Origin: Octopus vulgaris
Taxonomy: Eukaryota
Reading direction: 5' to 3'
Assembly (NCBI GenBank): GCA_951406725.2
Contig: OX597820.1
Coordinates: forward strand, 59,272,001-59,336,000
Length of the DNA: 64,000 nt
The notes under the pieces are model-generated. The model saw only the letters and a list, made by a program, of their open reading frames with translations, did not search any database and was not told where the DNA came from. Made by a program: the position numbers and the translations under genes. This document shows, piece by piece, positions 62,203-64,000 of this stretch. Position 1 is the stretch's first letter, and every line of letters begins with the position of its first letter.

Positions 62203-63402
62203 AACCACTACTTACTTTTAAGCTTGTTACTTATTCTATCAGTCATATTTACGAAACTGCTGATGTAAATAAGCCAACACCAGTTGTAAGGCAGTGGTGG
62301 AGAACAAACACAAGTCACACACATATATTTGAAGGATTTCCACATTTGCTATCTACCAAATTCATTCACAAGGCACTGGTCGGCCTGGGGCTATAGTAGA
62401 AGAAACTTACTGATGGTGCTACACAGTGGGATTGAACCTGACACCACATGGTTGCAAAGCAAGTTCCTTCACCACCTACCCAGCCTTGGCTGTGTCCTCT
62501 TTGTATGGTAGTGTTATTGTCAGTAGCTAAGTAATAGTGGTTTTGTCTATGATATCTGCTAATAATGGTTCTTGTGGAGCCAGGGTCCTAGCGTGTTTTA
62601 ATATAGTTACCCAAGATCAACACCTATGAGCTCCCACTGTACCTACCTGTCTCACTAGTTGCTGTCCATTGATATAACACCATACATAGCATTGTTCTCA
62701 ACACACCGAGAGTAAAGAAAAAAAGAGCAGACAACTAAAAGGCAGTTATCTGTATGGAAAATTGTGTAGATGTAGTGGGTGTCAAGTAGTTATGGTGCAT
62801 ACAAGTTAACATGTGAACAACCCTCTAGTTTAGTCATTCTTAAGTGAAAGTCCCTCTCCTTCAGTGTTTCTCATAAAGGACTGTGAGAATTAAAAAGAGG
62901 ATGGGCAAATTACTGTGATTAATAAAATCAAAATGGTTTTACACTTTTTCGGTTTGTTTGATACCATGGTGAAGGAAGAACTGCATGGATGCAAACTATT
63001 TTGTCTTTCCATCAATAAAGAGTGGGGAGGGTGGGGAATTTCACCAATATTTTGTAGGGGAGCTGGTAGTTGACAGTTTAAGAACTATTTCTCAAGTTAA
63101 TCCATCTTTGCAGCTGCATCTCCCAAAAATACTATTAAAAATATTATTAGGGAGGATTTTCAACATTGATACAAGATGATGTTCCAGCATTGCCTTTCCC
63201 ACCGCCTCCTTTTAAGAGGGGGAAGTGTGTTGATCCCAAAACTTATATCACATGAAATGGCATAAACAAACATTAGTAATGCTTTCTTGACACAAGACCA
63301 CATAAGTTGGGGGATGGGTATAGTACTTGATTAGTATTATAATTATAATCTAATAAGGATAAAAGACAAAGTTAACAAATTTAATGGGATTTGAATTTAG
63401 AA

Positions 63403-63632
63403 CAGTGTTTTTCAACCATTTTTTACCTATAGACCCCTTTGATTCTTGTTTCATTCAAATAGACCCTCAAAATCACACATTTTATAATTAAATATTAGGA
63501 ATTGTATTTAAAAATTGATAAAATATTTAGTGTATTGTAATAGTATATAACAAATTAATTGCACATAAATTTTAACGACAAAATCTTATATGGTCCTCCA
63601 AAGGTCATGTGGACCCCAACAGAGAACCACTT
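63403..63632. mobile_element. hAT/Charlie-type MITE
   Basis: cagtgtttttcaacc ... gagaaccactt termini; flanks atttagaa / atctaaaa form a diverged 8-bp TSD resembling NTCTAGAN. Confidence 0.65.
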
Positions 63633-63667
63633 ATCTAAAATAACAATAATAATAACAATGTCAATAC

Positions 63668-64000
63668 CTCATATGGTGTTGAGCGGAATCTCTCAAACAG
63701 TCCATACTTTGAAAACGGAGGTGGTAAGTTTCCATATAAAAATACGTTTCCTCAAATAGTTCTTCAGCATCCAAGGCTATCCGTTCAACTGGAGAAGTAA
63801 AGTCAGTTGGCAAGACAGTATCCTGTTTAAGATCTAGAACCATTTTATATCGACTAGGAATTTCAATACACACTTGATTTGAAAATGTCGATTCTGTTTG
63901 GCTATCTTTTGTGTTAGACACAACCACAACTGTGTCTCGAACAAAATTTTCCAAAGTTAGCACTGTGTCTGCACTTACTGTTGGGTAGAAATCCCCGGCT
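63668..64000 (-). CDS. Internal coding exon (5' end beyond window edge) of a minus-strand host gene; probable extracellular/SEA-like region
   Basis: Open frame from the window edge (AGDFYPTVSADTVLTLENFVRDTVVVVSN...YKMVLDLKQD...AEELFEETYFYMETYHLRFQSMDCLRDSAQHHM), non-repetitive. It ends at donor ATGAG|gtattg (phase 2), which matches the phase-2 acceptor of the next exon. Confidence 0.8.

Overview
Eukaryotic, AT-rich, microsatellite-dense DNA. It is most likely an octopus/coleoid cephalopod, inferred from the repeat families I recognise and not proven. There is no prokaryote-style gene content, and almost all ORFs in the supplied track are artefacts of microsatellites or decayed transposons. 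One intron-rich host gene runs on the minus strand from beyond the right edge. Its well-supported exons are 63668-64000+, 57932-58113, 23319-23567 and 16309-16389, with tentative further exons. It encodes a probable cell-surface, mucin-like protein with an SEA-like region, a basic loop and a Thr-rich stalk. The introns hold several tRNA-derived SINE families; decayed LINEs (CR1, RTE, Tx1-like, and a Dong/R4 element in a (TAA)n array); a Gypsy integrase relic; DNA transposon relics (three mariners, a DD37E TRT-type Tc1, a hAT with an intact 8-bp TSD, piggyBac-, Tigger- and hAT-type MITEs, Helitron/Helentron-like elements); and Penelope-like (PLE) relics. The most interesting signal is a set of long palindromes embedded in (TA)n that carry hammerhead-ribozyme motifs. 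One near-perfect 135-bp-arm palindrome has hammerheads with a compensatory G3-C8 core swap. Repeat boundaries were read by eye and are approximate unless a TSD/TIR is quoted.
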